Positions 9,261 to 18,570 of a stretch of DNA of 64,000 nt are shown here, piece after piece. Position 1 is the first letter of the stretch. Each line of letters starts with the position of its first letter. The translations under genes were made by a program, and so were the position numbers. This stretch comes from Candidatus Brocadiia bacterium (GTDB lineage: Bacteria > Planctomycetota > Brocadiia > SM23-32): NCBI GenBank assembly GCA_046538485.1, contig JBKHIT010000012.1:26415-90414 (forward strand), read 5' to 3'. The notes under the pieces are model-generated. The model saw only the letters and a list, made by a program, of their open reading frames with translations, was not told where the DNA came from and ran no database searches.

Positions 9261-12200
9261 TTGCGATACCCAATGCATCAAGGAAAGATCTCTGCAGCGC
9301 TCTCGTTTCCTGCTCTTCAAGAATCTTTTTTGCGAAAAATAGAGAACGATCTGGGTGGCATAGACAGACCGATATGGGTAATATGCCCGACGAACCTTTT
9401 GCAACAACAGCTCCAACGTGCGCTCGCTCAAGCCACAGACGGGATTATGGGCGTGCGGTTTCTGACATTGCGGGATGCTGCTCGCCGGCTGGCTTACGAA
9501 AATCTCATAAAAACCAGGGGCATTCCACTTCCAAACGGCTCTGCTGAACTGGTAATAGAAAAGAGCCTGGGAAAACTATCAAACGATTCATACTTCGGCT
9601 CTTTTCAAGAGTTCTCCGGCAGCGCACGGACGATCCACCGTTCTATTGGTCTGCTCCGGAACTGTTTGTGGACGCCGGAACGCCTCGCCAGAGCCGCCGA
9701 GCTTTGTCCCGAAAATAATCAGCACGCGCGTCAACGTCTGCAAGAACTCGCCCAGCTCTGGGAATCTTTCCGGTCTTTCAAAGAAGACGCCGGTTTTTTT
9801 GATCAGGATGATCTTCTCTGGTATGGGGCTCACCCGCAACAAACTCGAGATCCCGATGAAGCCATTCCCGTCCTTCACATTTACGGTTTCTACGACCTTA
9901 CGCCACTACAGGCCAGATTCGCAAGTCGGCTGACAGCAATTGCGCAGCGAACGACAGCTTATCTTCTCTACAGCGAGAGAAACGGCGATGTTCCCCGCGG
10001 CTTCCGATACGCCACTCCAACTGTGGACTTCTTTCGTAAACTGTTCGGCTCCCGGGAAATTGATTTCTGTGCTGAGGATTCCGACAAATGCGACCTCTCA
10101 ACGCTCAGGAAAAACCTTTTCCCGGACATTACGAAAAACAAATCGCCTGATGTCGATCACGAAACGCCCCCTGTCTTTGAGGCCGATGGCTCGGTCCGAC
10201 TCATACATTGTCCCGGCGAAACAGCCGAAGCTGAAGAAGTGTCCAGATCCATTCTCCGGATGTTCAAGAAGAAGCAAAATTGGACTGTCGGCATACTCAC
10301 AAGAGATTCCAAAGAGACAGCCGTCGAATTCGAAGAGGCCCTTAACCGGGCCAGTCTCAGCTACTATATGAGCGAGGGCCGGCCCCTCATTGGCGGAAAG
10401 GCCGGTCGTATCGTGCTCGGTTTAATCGAACTCGCCAACGGAGAGGCCACCCGCTCCCAGGTACTGGAACTTCTATCGATCGCCGCCCTTGATCTTCCAG
10501 CCGGCCTTCACGCAACCGCTCTGGATAAAACATCCCGGAAAGCAGGTATCGTCCAGGGCTGGGAAACCTGGTCAGACCGATTCAAAGAATTTCAAGCGAA
10601 ACAACTTCAGAAAGCAAACAGCGAGATCGAGGAGGAGAAAAAGCAATCGCTGCAGCGAGAAGCCGAACTTGCTTCTGTTGCAGCAGAATTTCTGGACTCC
10701 TTTCTCGAAGACGTACGGAAGTTAAATAATATCTCAGATTGGGATACGTTGTCCGAACACCTGGCAAATCTTACACGGCGTTGCGTCGCACCGGACACAG
10801 AAGCCCGGCTTGAAATCTTAAAAAGTGTCCGAGAGCTGGCTTGTCTCGATAGCACGGATGTGCCCGCGGATCTTCTAAAAGCACGCAGAGCGCTCCAACA
10901 AAATCTCTCCCAAAAAAACCGCCGTAACGCCCGTTTCCAGCACAGTTCCGTAACTTTTACAAGTATCATGGGATCGCGAGGAACAATCCACGATATTGTG
11001 ATCGTCCCCCGGATGGTGGAGAAAAGTTTCCCGCGACAGATACCTGCCGATGCCATACTCGACGACTTTCTCCGCCGCACAATGAACAGGCTGGCGGGTA
11101 AGTGCGAGGCTGGATCGTTGCCTCTGCGCGAGGAAAGAGCAAAAGAAGAAAGGTACCTGTTCCGAATTGCACTTGGATGCGCACGGCGTGGGGTCATTCT
11201 CTCATGGCCCCGTATCGAATCATACACCGGCCGCCCCCGTATTGAGTCAAGATTCATCGGGCAGAGTTGCGAGGCTATTCTGGGGCGTTCTGTGAAATCA
11301 GAATGGATTGCTGAAGGAAACCTGGGACAACTTGTCAAACGGGTCTGCATGGAAGCGCCCGGCCAGCCGGAAGATGGCCTTGACGTTTGGGAATATGATC
11401 GCCAGGTATATGAACTTGCCGACCAGGAGGAAGCTACAGCATACAGTTCCGCCATCTCCCAGCATTATGAACAGGCCAGTCGTATGGAATCTCACCGTTG
11501 GTCTCCTGAACAATTTGGGCGGTGGAGCGGGGCTCTAACTGATGGTGACACTTTGCATCAGGTAATGGAAAGCCACGCTCTATTTCATCAGCAAATCAGC
11601 CCGACCCGTCTTGAAACCTACTCAAAGTGTCCATTCCGCTATTTCTTGAGGTACGTGCTCGGCGCCGAAGTTCTGGAAGTCCCGGAGGAAGAAACCGAAA
11701 TTCCCGCTCTGGAATGGGGTTCACTCCTTCACGATCTCTATTGCGAGGTTTATCGCGATCACCTCGCCGGCACGCAGTTGCGCTCGCTCGATACCGCACA
11801 AATCGAAAAAATTGTTGCGAAGGCATCGGAGACACTGGACAAACTGGGAGCAGTCTACGCCCGGTCCCACCCGGCCGCATGGTCTGCAGCGAGATCCCGA
11901 GCCCTCACACAACTCAGACGTGTGATCACCTACGAAAGCGAAAACAATGTCGAGGCCCTGCCTCGCCGGTTCGAATTTGCGTTCCAAAAGGTTAATTTTG
12001 CCCTGGACCAGGATGGGAAAAAGACCATCACGTTGTACGGACGGGTCGATCGGATAGATCGGTTGAAAGGCGGTGGGCTGCAGGTAATCGATTACAAAAC
12101 GGGAAGCAAAAGAGGGTATCGCAAAAATTCTCTCGAAGGAGGAACTCAACTCCAACTTCCGCTGTACCTGCTTTGTACGTTAGAAACCCTCCAGGAAAAA

Positions 12201-12503
12201 GAAGGGCGCGCCAAATATTTTTTCACCCGCGAGTTGAAATTCCTGGACGAGTTCACCGCAGAAAGTCTCACTGATAATATCGAAAATCTGCGCCGAGTCG
12301 TGGAATTAATACTGGCCGGGGTGCGCGCGGGCGAATTTTTCCCCGTTCCCCGCGAAATTTTCCAGGGCAAGGGCAAATGCGACCGCTATTGCCCATTCCG
12401 CACAGTATGCGGGCCGGCGGGGGCAGAACTGGCCGAGATAAAATGGCAGGCCGGAGACCGACAGCAACAGAAACGCCTGCGGGAACTCTGGCAAATCACC
12501 TGA
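9261..12503 (+). CDS. addB: AddB/RexB-like helicase-nuclease subunit with PD-(D/E)XK nuclease and Fe-S cysteines
   Basis: ISPTRLETYSKCPFRYF, GRVDRID, VIDYKTG, QLPLY, CDRYCPFRTVC; N-terminal inactive-helicase-like region (YGFYDLTPLQ). Confidence 0.8.
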   Translation: MRYPMHQGKISAALSFPALQESFLRKIENDLGGIDRPIWVICPTNLLQQQLQRALAQATDGIMGVRFLTLRDAARRLAYENLIKTRGIPLPNGSAELVIEKSLGKLSNDSYFGSFQEFSGSARTIHRSIGLLRNCLWTPERLARAAELCPENNQHARQRLQELAQLWESFRSFKEDAGFFDQDDLLWYGAHPQQTRDPDEAIPVLHIYGFYDLTPLQARFASRLTAIAQRTTAYLLYSERNGDVPRGFRYATPTVDFFRKLFGSREIDFCAEDSDKCDLSTLRKNLFPDITKNKSPDVDHETPPVFEADGSVRLIHCPGETAEAEEVSRSILRMFKKKQNWTVGILTRDSKETAVEFEEALNRASLSYYMSEGRPLIGGKAGRIVLGLIELANGEATRSQVLELLSIAALDLPAGLHATALDKTSRKAGIVQGWETWSDRFKEFQAKQLQKANSEIEEEKKQSLQREAELASVAAEFLDSFLEDVRKLNNISDWDTLSEHLANLTRRCVAPDTEARLEILKSVRELACLDSTDVPADLLKARRALQQNLSQKNRRNARFQHSSVTFTSIMGSRGTIHDIVIVPRMVEKSFPRQIPADAILDDFLRRTMNRLAGKCEAGSLPLREERAKEERYLFRIALGCARRGVILSWPRIESYTGRPRIESRFIGQSCEAILGRSVKSEWIAEGNLGQLVKRVCMEAPGQPEDGLDVWEYDRQVYELADQEEATAYSSAISQHYEQASRMESHRWSPEQFGRWSGALTDGDTLHQVMESHALFHQQISPTRLETYSKCPFRYFLRYVLGAEVLEVPEEETEIPALEWGSLLHDLYCEVYRDHLAGTQLRSLDTAQIEKIVAKASETLDKLGAVYARSHPAAWSAARSRALTQLRRVITYESENNVEALPRRFEFAFQKVNFALDQDGKKTITLYGRVDRIDRLKGGGLQVIDYKTGSKRGYRKNSLEGGTQLQLPLYLLCTLETLQEKEGRAKYFFTRELKFLDEFTAESLTDNIENLRRVVELILAGVRAGEFFPVPREIFQGKGKCDRYCPFRTVCGPAGAELAEIKWQAGDRQQQKRLRELWQIT

Positions 12504-12506
12504 GTT

Positions 12507-13616
12507 TCACTCCGGAGGATCGCCCCAATCCGGCACCTCCAGTAGTTCTCCTCCCGCGAGTGCACTTTTGTGAGCCATCAACCCCGGAGCCATAAAGCGC
12601 ACCGCCTGCCAGACGTTGATCCGGGGCAAACGATCGTTGACAATAGAATCGACGAACTCGTGGACAAGATAGGCGTGAGAACCGCCATGGCCACCCAGAT
12701 CCTCAGCCAATTCGTCAGGAATCGGTTCCCGAAATGCTGTGGTATCCACTTCTTCGACCCCATCGGTCGTTAGCCAGCGCTGTCCGCCAAAATCTGACTC
12801 AAACGAACCTTCCGTGCCGTAGATGCGGAACGTTTCCTGACATGGTGTTGCCAGACGTCGCATCTCGGCATGTCGCATTGTTGCACCGTTGCTCAACCGG
12901 TAAAGAGCTATCTCATCGCAGAATAAATTCCCGCTGAGAGTATCTTCTCGCCACCAATCGTCACCGGGATTTTGATAGCCCTGCGCGGAGACATGCGTGA
13001 CATGAGCCCCCATTATTGAGAGAACACCACCGGTAGAATGAGTGGGATAAAACATCGGGATACCCCCGGTTTTATCGGGACCGAATCGGTCCCCCCACCG
13101 ATTTTTCGCCACGTCAACAAGTCCATGCGAAAGATCGTGGAAATACTCTCCCTCGGCGTACACAAAATTCCCGAATTCTCCCGCGGCAGCTTTCTGGCGA
13201 CAAAACATTGTTTCCGGGCGGAAAAAGGTTGTCTCCCCAAACATATATTTCATGCCGGTCCGTTCAGCCGTTTCCACAAGCTTATCGCAGAGATCCAGTG
13301 CTTCATCCGGATTGTCGTGGGAATATACCGGAGGCACCGCGCTGTAAACGTGTTTCCCGGCTTCCATCGCCTGGATGCATTGTGGGCCGTGCAGCCAGTG
13401 CTGGGTTATGATGGAAAGAGCATCCAGATCGCTCTCACACACCGCCTCAAGACTGGGATAGGTCTCTTCAATACCAAATTGTTTGGCTTTCTGCGCCAGC
13501 CGTTCGGCGTTAAGATCACAAAGCGCCACGCGGTCCACCTGAGGGTGTTTCTGATACAATTCCACAAAAGCACTTCCAAAACTTCCGACTCCGACCATCC
13601 CGACGCTGATTCCCAT
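12507..13616 (-). CDS. Gfo/Idh/MocA family oxidoreductase
   Basis: VGMVGVGSFG Rossmann motif, GKHVYSAVP, YPTHS, GGHGGSH; ATG 13616 with GGAGGA SD. Confidence 0.9.
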   Translation of the reverse strand: MGISVGMVGVGSFGSAFVELYQKHPQVDRVALCDLNAERLAQKAKQFGIEETYPSLEAVCESDLDALSIITQHWLHGPQCIQAMEAGKHVYSAVPPVYSHDNPDEALDLCDKLVETAERTGMKYMFGETTFFRPETMFCRQKAAAGEFGNFVYAEGEYFHDLSHGLVDVAKNRWGDRFGPDKTGGIPMFYPTHSTGGVLSIMGAHVTHVSAQGYQNPGDDWWREDTLSGNLFCDEIALYRLSNGATMRHAEMRRLATPCQETFRIYGTEGSFESDFGGQRWLTTDGVEEVDTTAFREPIPDELAEDLGGHGGSHAYLVHEFVDSIVNDRLPRINVWQAVRFMAPGLMAHKSALAGGELLEVPDWGDPPE

Positions 13617-13745
13617 CGTTCTTCCTCCGCAGTTTTGTTCCAGAAAGAGGGTAACCGGATTGATGTAGAGAATCCAATTCAACGTCGCCGAGCACATCCT
13701 GCGGTTCTGTCCCAGCACACAAAAACGGTTGACGAAAAACACCGG

Positions 13746-13904
13746 CTCCGCCTCGGCGATGCGGACCGACAGCTACCTGGTATTTTCCGGCGTTTGTCCG
13801 CCTCAAGTCCCCCTTCGTCCGCCTGAGCGGACTCAGCTGAACTCGAGTCTCGCGGTCCCGCGAGCGGACTGGACTTCAGCCGGAGACTGGAGTTCAGAAC
13901 GCGG
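13746..13904. repeat. 159-bp composite REP-like repeat, copy 1
   Basis: Near-identical to 21970-22128; partial inverted copy 26221-26345; related segment 48340-48448. Confidence 0.9.
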
Positions 13905-14110
13905 TCGACAAACGGGGTTGTAAGCTTACAGAATCACTGACACTAAACGAGAAGTTCATATTACGACAACCTCTAAAGACTTTTCCGACGGAAACTTAAG
14001 GAATTTGCGTTTGATGCAATGGGAACAGCCCTCGGAATTTTCGCGAAATTCCTGACTACCAGAACTCGCAGGGAGGCACAGCGCATATTCCTTTCCCCGA
14101 CCAGAGACGC

Positions 14111-14139
14111 TTGAAATATCGGGATCGGCGCGTTATAAG
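14111..14139 (+). promoter_or_regulatory. sigma70-like promoter for the FucI-like gene
   Basis: TTGAAA, N17, TATAAG; AAGGAGG SD before ATG 14183. Confidence 0.55.
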
Positions 14140-14182
14140 ACAAAGTCCTGTGGAGTCCATTTAGATTCTGAAGGAGGACATC

Positions 14183-15904
14183 ATGCCAGAAGTTGAGAGA
14201 TTATCGGTACCACGAGACACATCGGCGGAAGGCGTTACGTTCGGCGTGTGCGCGACAAGCGATCCGCGCGTTGATGAAGAGGCGAGAGAACGGGGCGTCA
14301 ATATCATAAAGATGGTCGCTGACGTGGTCGCTGACGAAGTGAAAATGCCGGGTGGCGAACCCGTCGACGTCGTGTATTCGGATATGTTGATCGACGGCGA
14401 AAAACAGGCCGATATGGTGGCTAAACAGTTCCAGCGGGCCGGTGTCGACGCCATCATCTGCGCACCGGATACGTGGGCGTTCCCCCAGCTTACTCTGATC
14501 AGTCTGCTGAGCCATTTCCCCGAGGATATGCCGATTAACGTAACGTGCGGCAACAGCGGGCCCAAACCGGGTGTGGTCTACGCCCATGCCGTCAACGGGG
14601 CCCTTGCGCAGAGCGGACGCCTGACGACGCTGAATATCGGGACCTGGCCCGATAAGGGTATGAAACCGAAAATGACGACTGAAACTGCGGACGATCTGAT
14701 TGATTGGTGCTATGCGGCGCTGACATACGTCGGATTACAGGGCAGAAGGGTTGTGATATTCGGTCATGATTCCATGGGTATGGAAACAGCCCTCCCCCAT
14801 GTCATACCGACCCGAAATACGTTCAATCTGGAGATAACCCGCCTCGATATGAAACTCCTGGCCGACATGCTCCAAAAAGAATCCTACGATCAAGACGAGC
14901 GTGATGCACTCCGCGCCTGGATCGACAAACTCGTCGGCGATGACCTTGAACTCCGGGATGAGGAGGACAGCGAACGGTTCAACCAGTCTCTGGCCATGTA
15001 TCTTATTGTCCGCGACCTGATGGACGATCTGAACGCCGTCGGAGGCGGATTCATGAGCCAGCTGGAATGGGGTTCAGACCGTCGCGGTATTCCGCTGCCG
15101 GTAGCCGATGTCATGGAAAGTCTCTTCAATTCCACCTTCGATCACAACGGGCAGAAAGCGCCGATCCCCTACGCCACGGAAGCCGATGTGCAGGGGCTGC
15201 TCACCATGTTGTTTATGACCTGGCTTTCAGGCGGCAACCCACCTCTATTCATGGATTTCCGTAAAGTCTGGGAACCGTGGGAGATCCAGAAACTGGCGGA
15301 CAAAATGGACATTGAATACACAGGCGAGGAAATCTGGGCGGAACGAGGATTCGTCGATGGTGATAACAGCGGTTCGGCGAGTTTCAACTGGGCGTCCAAA
15401 CCCGGTCACGCCATTTCCACGTGCATGCGCAAAGTAAGCATGCCGCTGGCCGACGAGTTCTACTTTCCCGGCGGCGGGAACTCGGTCTTCTACGTCTCCC
15501 CCGGCGGGATCGAAGGAATTGCAGGCCGGCTGGCATTCAGCCAACTTTCGGGGATGTTCAGCCTGATTTGGGACGAAGCCCGGAGCGTTGACCTGCCAGA
15601 CGGGCTGGCGCAAGCGGTCTGCGAAACTTCGACCGATACCTGGCCTCATACGTTTGTCACCCCGAAATACGCCAGCATGGTCGAGTATAAACAGTATGCG
15701 CCAGCGAACCATTTCCACATGACCTGGGATCTTGCACCATCCCGGCTCCAGCACTGGATGGACCTTACAAACGTGCTTTCCTGCACGCCGTGGAATGCCC
15801 GTCCGGACTGGGTAGAAGGCGTGGATCGGCCGCAACCGCTGCTCCACCTTCTGAACGGCGGAGAAGAAACGGCCAAACGCATGCGCGCCGGCCAGGATGA
15901 GTGA
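14183..15904 (+). CDS. fucI: L-fucose isomerase family protein
   Basis: ATEADVQG, FMDFRK, DNSGS and ANHFH match the FucI metal-ligand motifs (E, D, H); substrate unverified. Confidence 0.75.
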   Translation: MPEVERLSVPRDTSAEGVTFGVCATSDPRVDEEARERGVNIIKMVADVVADEVKMPGGEPVDVVYSDMLIDGEKQADMVAKQFQRAGVDAIICAPDTWAFPQLTLISLLSHFPEDMPINVTCGNSGPKPGVVYAHAVNGALAQSGRLTTLNIGTWPDKGMKPKMTTETADDLIDWCYAALTYVGLQGRRVVIFGHDSMGMETALPHVIPTRNTFNLEITRLDMKLLADMLQKESYDQDERDALRAWIDKLVGDDLELRDEEDSERFNQSLAMYLIVRDLMDDLNAVGGGFMSQLEWGSDRRGIPLPVADVMESLFNSTFDHNGQKAPIPYATEADVQGLLTMLFMTWLSGGNPPLFMDFRKVWEPWEIQKLADKMDIEYTGEEIWAERGFVDGDNSGSASFNWASKPGHAISTCMRKVSMPLADEFYFPGGGNSVFYVSPGGIEGIAGRLAFSQLSGMFSLIWDEARSVDLPDGLAQAVCETSTDTWPHTFVTPKYASMVEYKQYAPANHFHMTWDLAPSRLQHWMDLTNVLSCTPWNARPDWVEGVDRPQPLLHLLNGGEETAKRMRAGQDE

Positions 15905-15929
15905 GCTGTCTGCAGACGTAAGATGCAGG

Positions 15930-18260
15930 CTAATCGATCATCTCTTCCAGCAAGAAATGTGCGGCCGCTTTGTCCGGGATCCGCCCGCGCACTGCACTGT
16001 CGATATCAGTCATGGCAAAGGCCGGGACCGCCGCCCCAACGCACGATGGGCACCCGTCTTCGCAGCCACAATCTTCGATCACGCGGTGGACAGTCGTCAT
16101 AATTTCCTCGGTTCGAGCCAGACACCGCCGCGCGTAGCCCATACCTCCCGGATATCGATCGTAAAGGAATAAGGCATCACGTCCCAGGCAACTGGAGTTG
16201 ACGACGGTCCCGATATCCCGCGGGTCGCACATAACAAAAAGCGGAGCGACCTCTACCAGCGCGTTTGCTATACCCGTCAGCGCCTCCCCGACCACCATTT
16301 CCCGGTGCTTTATCTTCTCCACCAACTCCTCCGGCGGCGTGAACCACATGCCCACCGTTTCCAGATGTTGGGGAGGCAACTCGAGCTTCTCGAATCCAAG
16401 ACTATCCCGCGAATTGAACCGGATTTTTTTGAACATCGGCACGGTCGTTGTGACGGTCACGTCTCCGTACCCCAGCTGAGATAGGCGCCACTCGCGTTCT
16501 TCCTCGGTCCCGTCGATACCAATTTCGGAACTGGTCACGGCCTGAGTGTAGTATTCGAGATCGCGCTGTTCCACCCGCGCGATTTTTTGCTCAAGGTCCA
16601 ACTCATTCACAAAATACGTCTCCGCTCCATGCAGGTAAACGGCGTGATCGTGGAGCTGGGTAAAAACGCTCACCTCATCCATCGTCCCGATAACCCGTTT
16701 TGAGATCTCATCCTGAATGGTATAGACAGGGCCGGCGATATTCCGAAGATTGACTTCGGGCGCAGGCGCATTGGCTCGAGCCCAATACCAGATGCCTTCG
16801 ATATTTCGGACGGCCTGTTCCTCCTCCAACAGCTCGAGAATTGTTCGGCCGCAGGGTCCAAAAATGTCCGCATCCTCTTCCGGAAGTGGCAGTTCATGGG
16901 TTGCGCAACGGATATGTCCTACGCTCACATGGGGGTTATCGGGATCGACCACAGCCTGTTCGGGGTTTTGAGCGAACAGATAATCGGAATGAATCATGAG
17001 GTATTGATCGATCGGCGAATTCTGGCCGACGAGAAAAACGACTGATTCTTCCGTTCCGCGTCCCGGCCTGCCGCCCTGTTGCCAGAGGCTGGCGATTGTG
17101 CCGGGATAACCGCAGATAATGCAGGCATCGAGAGTCCCAATATCGATCCCAAGTTCCAGAGCATTGGTACTGGCCACACCGAGGAGTTCTTTCTCTGCCA
17201 GCTTCCGCTCGATCTCGCGTCTCTCCTCAGGCAGATATCCGCCGCGGTAAGCATGAACCGAATCAGCAAGTTTCCGTGACTCCTGGCGAAGCAGATCTCG
17301 ACAGCGTTTGAAGACCAGTTCGGCTGAGCGCCGGGTTCGCACAAATGCAATCGTCTGGATACCTTCTCGAACCAGGCCCGCCATCAGATGGACGGCCTCC
17401 CACAGGGGACTCTTCCGATCGCCTCCCACGCGCCACTCATCAGGCTTGCCACGAGCAGCGGTATTGAGAGGCGGCGGATTCCATAAGACGAATTTCTTGC
17501 TCCCCTGGGGGGACCCATCCTCGTCAACCAGCTCCATTTCGCACCCACAAATCGTCTCAGCATGTTCCCTGGGATTGCTGATTGTTGCCGAGCAACTGAC
17601 GAACTGGGGATCAGAACCGTAGTGTTTGCACACCCTTCTGAGCCGGCGAATGACGTTAGCCAGATGCGAGCCGAAAACACCACGGTAAGCATGGATCTCG
17701 TCCACGACCACGTACTTCAAATGCGCAAAAAAACGATTCCAACGGCCGTGATGCGGCAGAATTCCCTGGTGAAGCATATCGGGATTTGTCAGTATCACAC
17801 TGGCTCCATCGCGCAAACGGCGCCGTAGCTGACCCGGGGTATCTCCGTCGTAAGTTCCGGACAAAAACTCAATCCCTTCGCTTTCCGATTGAAACTCTCC
17901 AAGAGCCCGGAGCTGGTCCTGAGCCAGAGCTTTGGTAGGGTAGATAAACAGCATCGTGCTCAGGTTGTCTTCAAGTAACTCTTCCACTACTGGTACCGTG
18001 TAGCAAACGGTCTTCCCACTGGCGGTTCCGGTCACCACAACGAGATTGTCATCTCCACGGAGAATTTCGATGGCTTCGGTCTGGTGTGTAAAGAGGCGAT
18101 CGATTCCCTGTTTTTCGAGCGCGTTCCGGACCGGTTCGGCCAGACCACCCTCCACCTCGGCATAACGGGCCGGACGCGCGGCGATCTCTTCCACGTGAAC
18201 CACCTGGGAAGAGTAGAAACTCTGCTTCGACAGCCTTTTGATTAAATTGTCGACATCCAT
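15930..18260 (-). CDS. DEAD/DEAH-box helicase with DUF1998 (MrfA/YprA/Hrq1-like)
   Basis: GTASGKT, YPTKALAQDQ, DEIH, SAT, ALELGIDIG, YDRYPGGMG, CGCEDGCPSC. Confidence 0.92.
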   Translation of the reverse strand: MDVDNLIKRLSKQSFYSSQVVHVEEIAARPARYAEVEGGLAEPVRNALEKQGIDRLFTHQTEAIEILRGDDNLVVVTGTASGKTVCYTVPVVEELLEDNLSTMLFIYPTKALAQDQLRALGEFQSESEGIEFLSGTYDGDTPGQLRRRLRDGASVILTNPDMLHQGILPHHGRWNRFFAHLKYVVVDEIHAYRGVFGSHLANVIRRLRRVCKHYGSDPQFVSCSATISNPREHAETICGCEMELVDEDGSPQGSKKFVLWNPPPLNTAARGKPDEWRVGGDRKSPLWEAVHLMAGLVREGIQTIAFVRTRRSAELVFKRCRDLLRQESRKLADSVHAYRGGYLPEERREIERKLAEKELLGVASTNALELGIDIGTLDACIICGYPGTIASLWQQGGRPGRGTEESVVFLVGQNSPIDQYLMIHSDYLFAQNPEQAVVDPDNPHVSVGHIRCATHELPLPEEDADIFGPCGRTILELLEEEQAVRNIEGIWYWARANAPAPEVNLRNIAGPVYTIQDEISKRVIGTMDEVSVFTQLHDHAVYLHGAETYFVNELDLEQKIARVEQRDLEYYTQAVTSSEIGIDGTEEEREWRLSQLGYGDVTVTTTVPMFKKIRFNSRDSLGFEKLELPPQHLETVGMWFTPPEELVEKIKHREMVVGEALTGIANALVEVAPLFVMCDPRDIGTVVNSSCLGRDALFLYDRYPGGMGYARRCLARTEEIMTTVHRVIEDCGCEDGCPSCVGAAVPAFAMTDIDSAVRGRIPDKAAAHFLLEEMID

Positions 18261-18570
18261 GTTAAATAACTGGTCGGAGAACTGGCATGAAAATGCGGCT
18301 CAGATGAAGTTGAACAAATTACTACTACCAGCCTGACAAAAAACGGTCCCGATTGCAATGGCGTGCGTGCTGCGATCTGCTCACGCCACTCTTATTGCCC
18401 AAACGTAATGGATATACCGAGGGAATAATTCCGTAACCAGCCACCAGATAGCTGGCAAGAATGGCGCTCTTCTGCTATTGTATGCTCAAGTTAGGGAAAA
18501 ATGGAGTACTGTCGTAAGATTCCAGACGGTTAAGCTGAGGATTCTGAAAAACGGGAAAGGGAAGAATCTC

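Noticed and set aside
13960..14012. Possible fifth operator (ATTACG/TTTCCG/TTTGCG)
   Set aside because: 22-bp spacing, poor half-site match and no -35 at the expected distance
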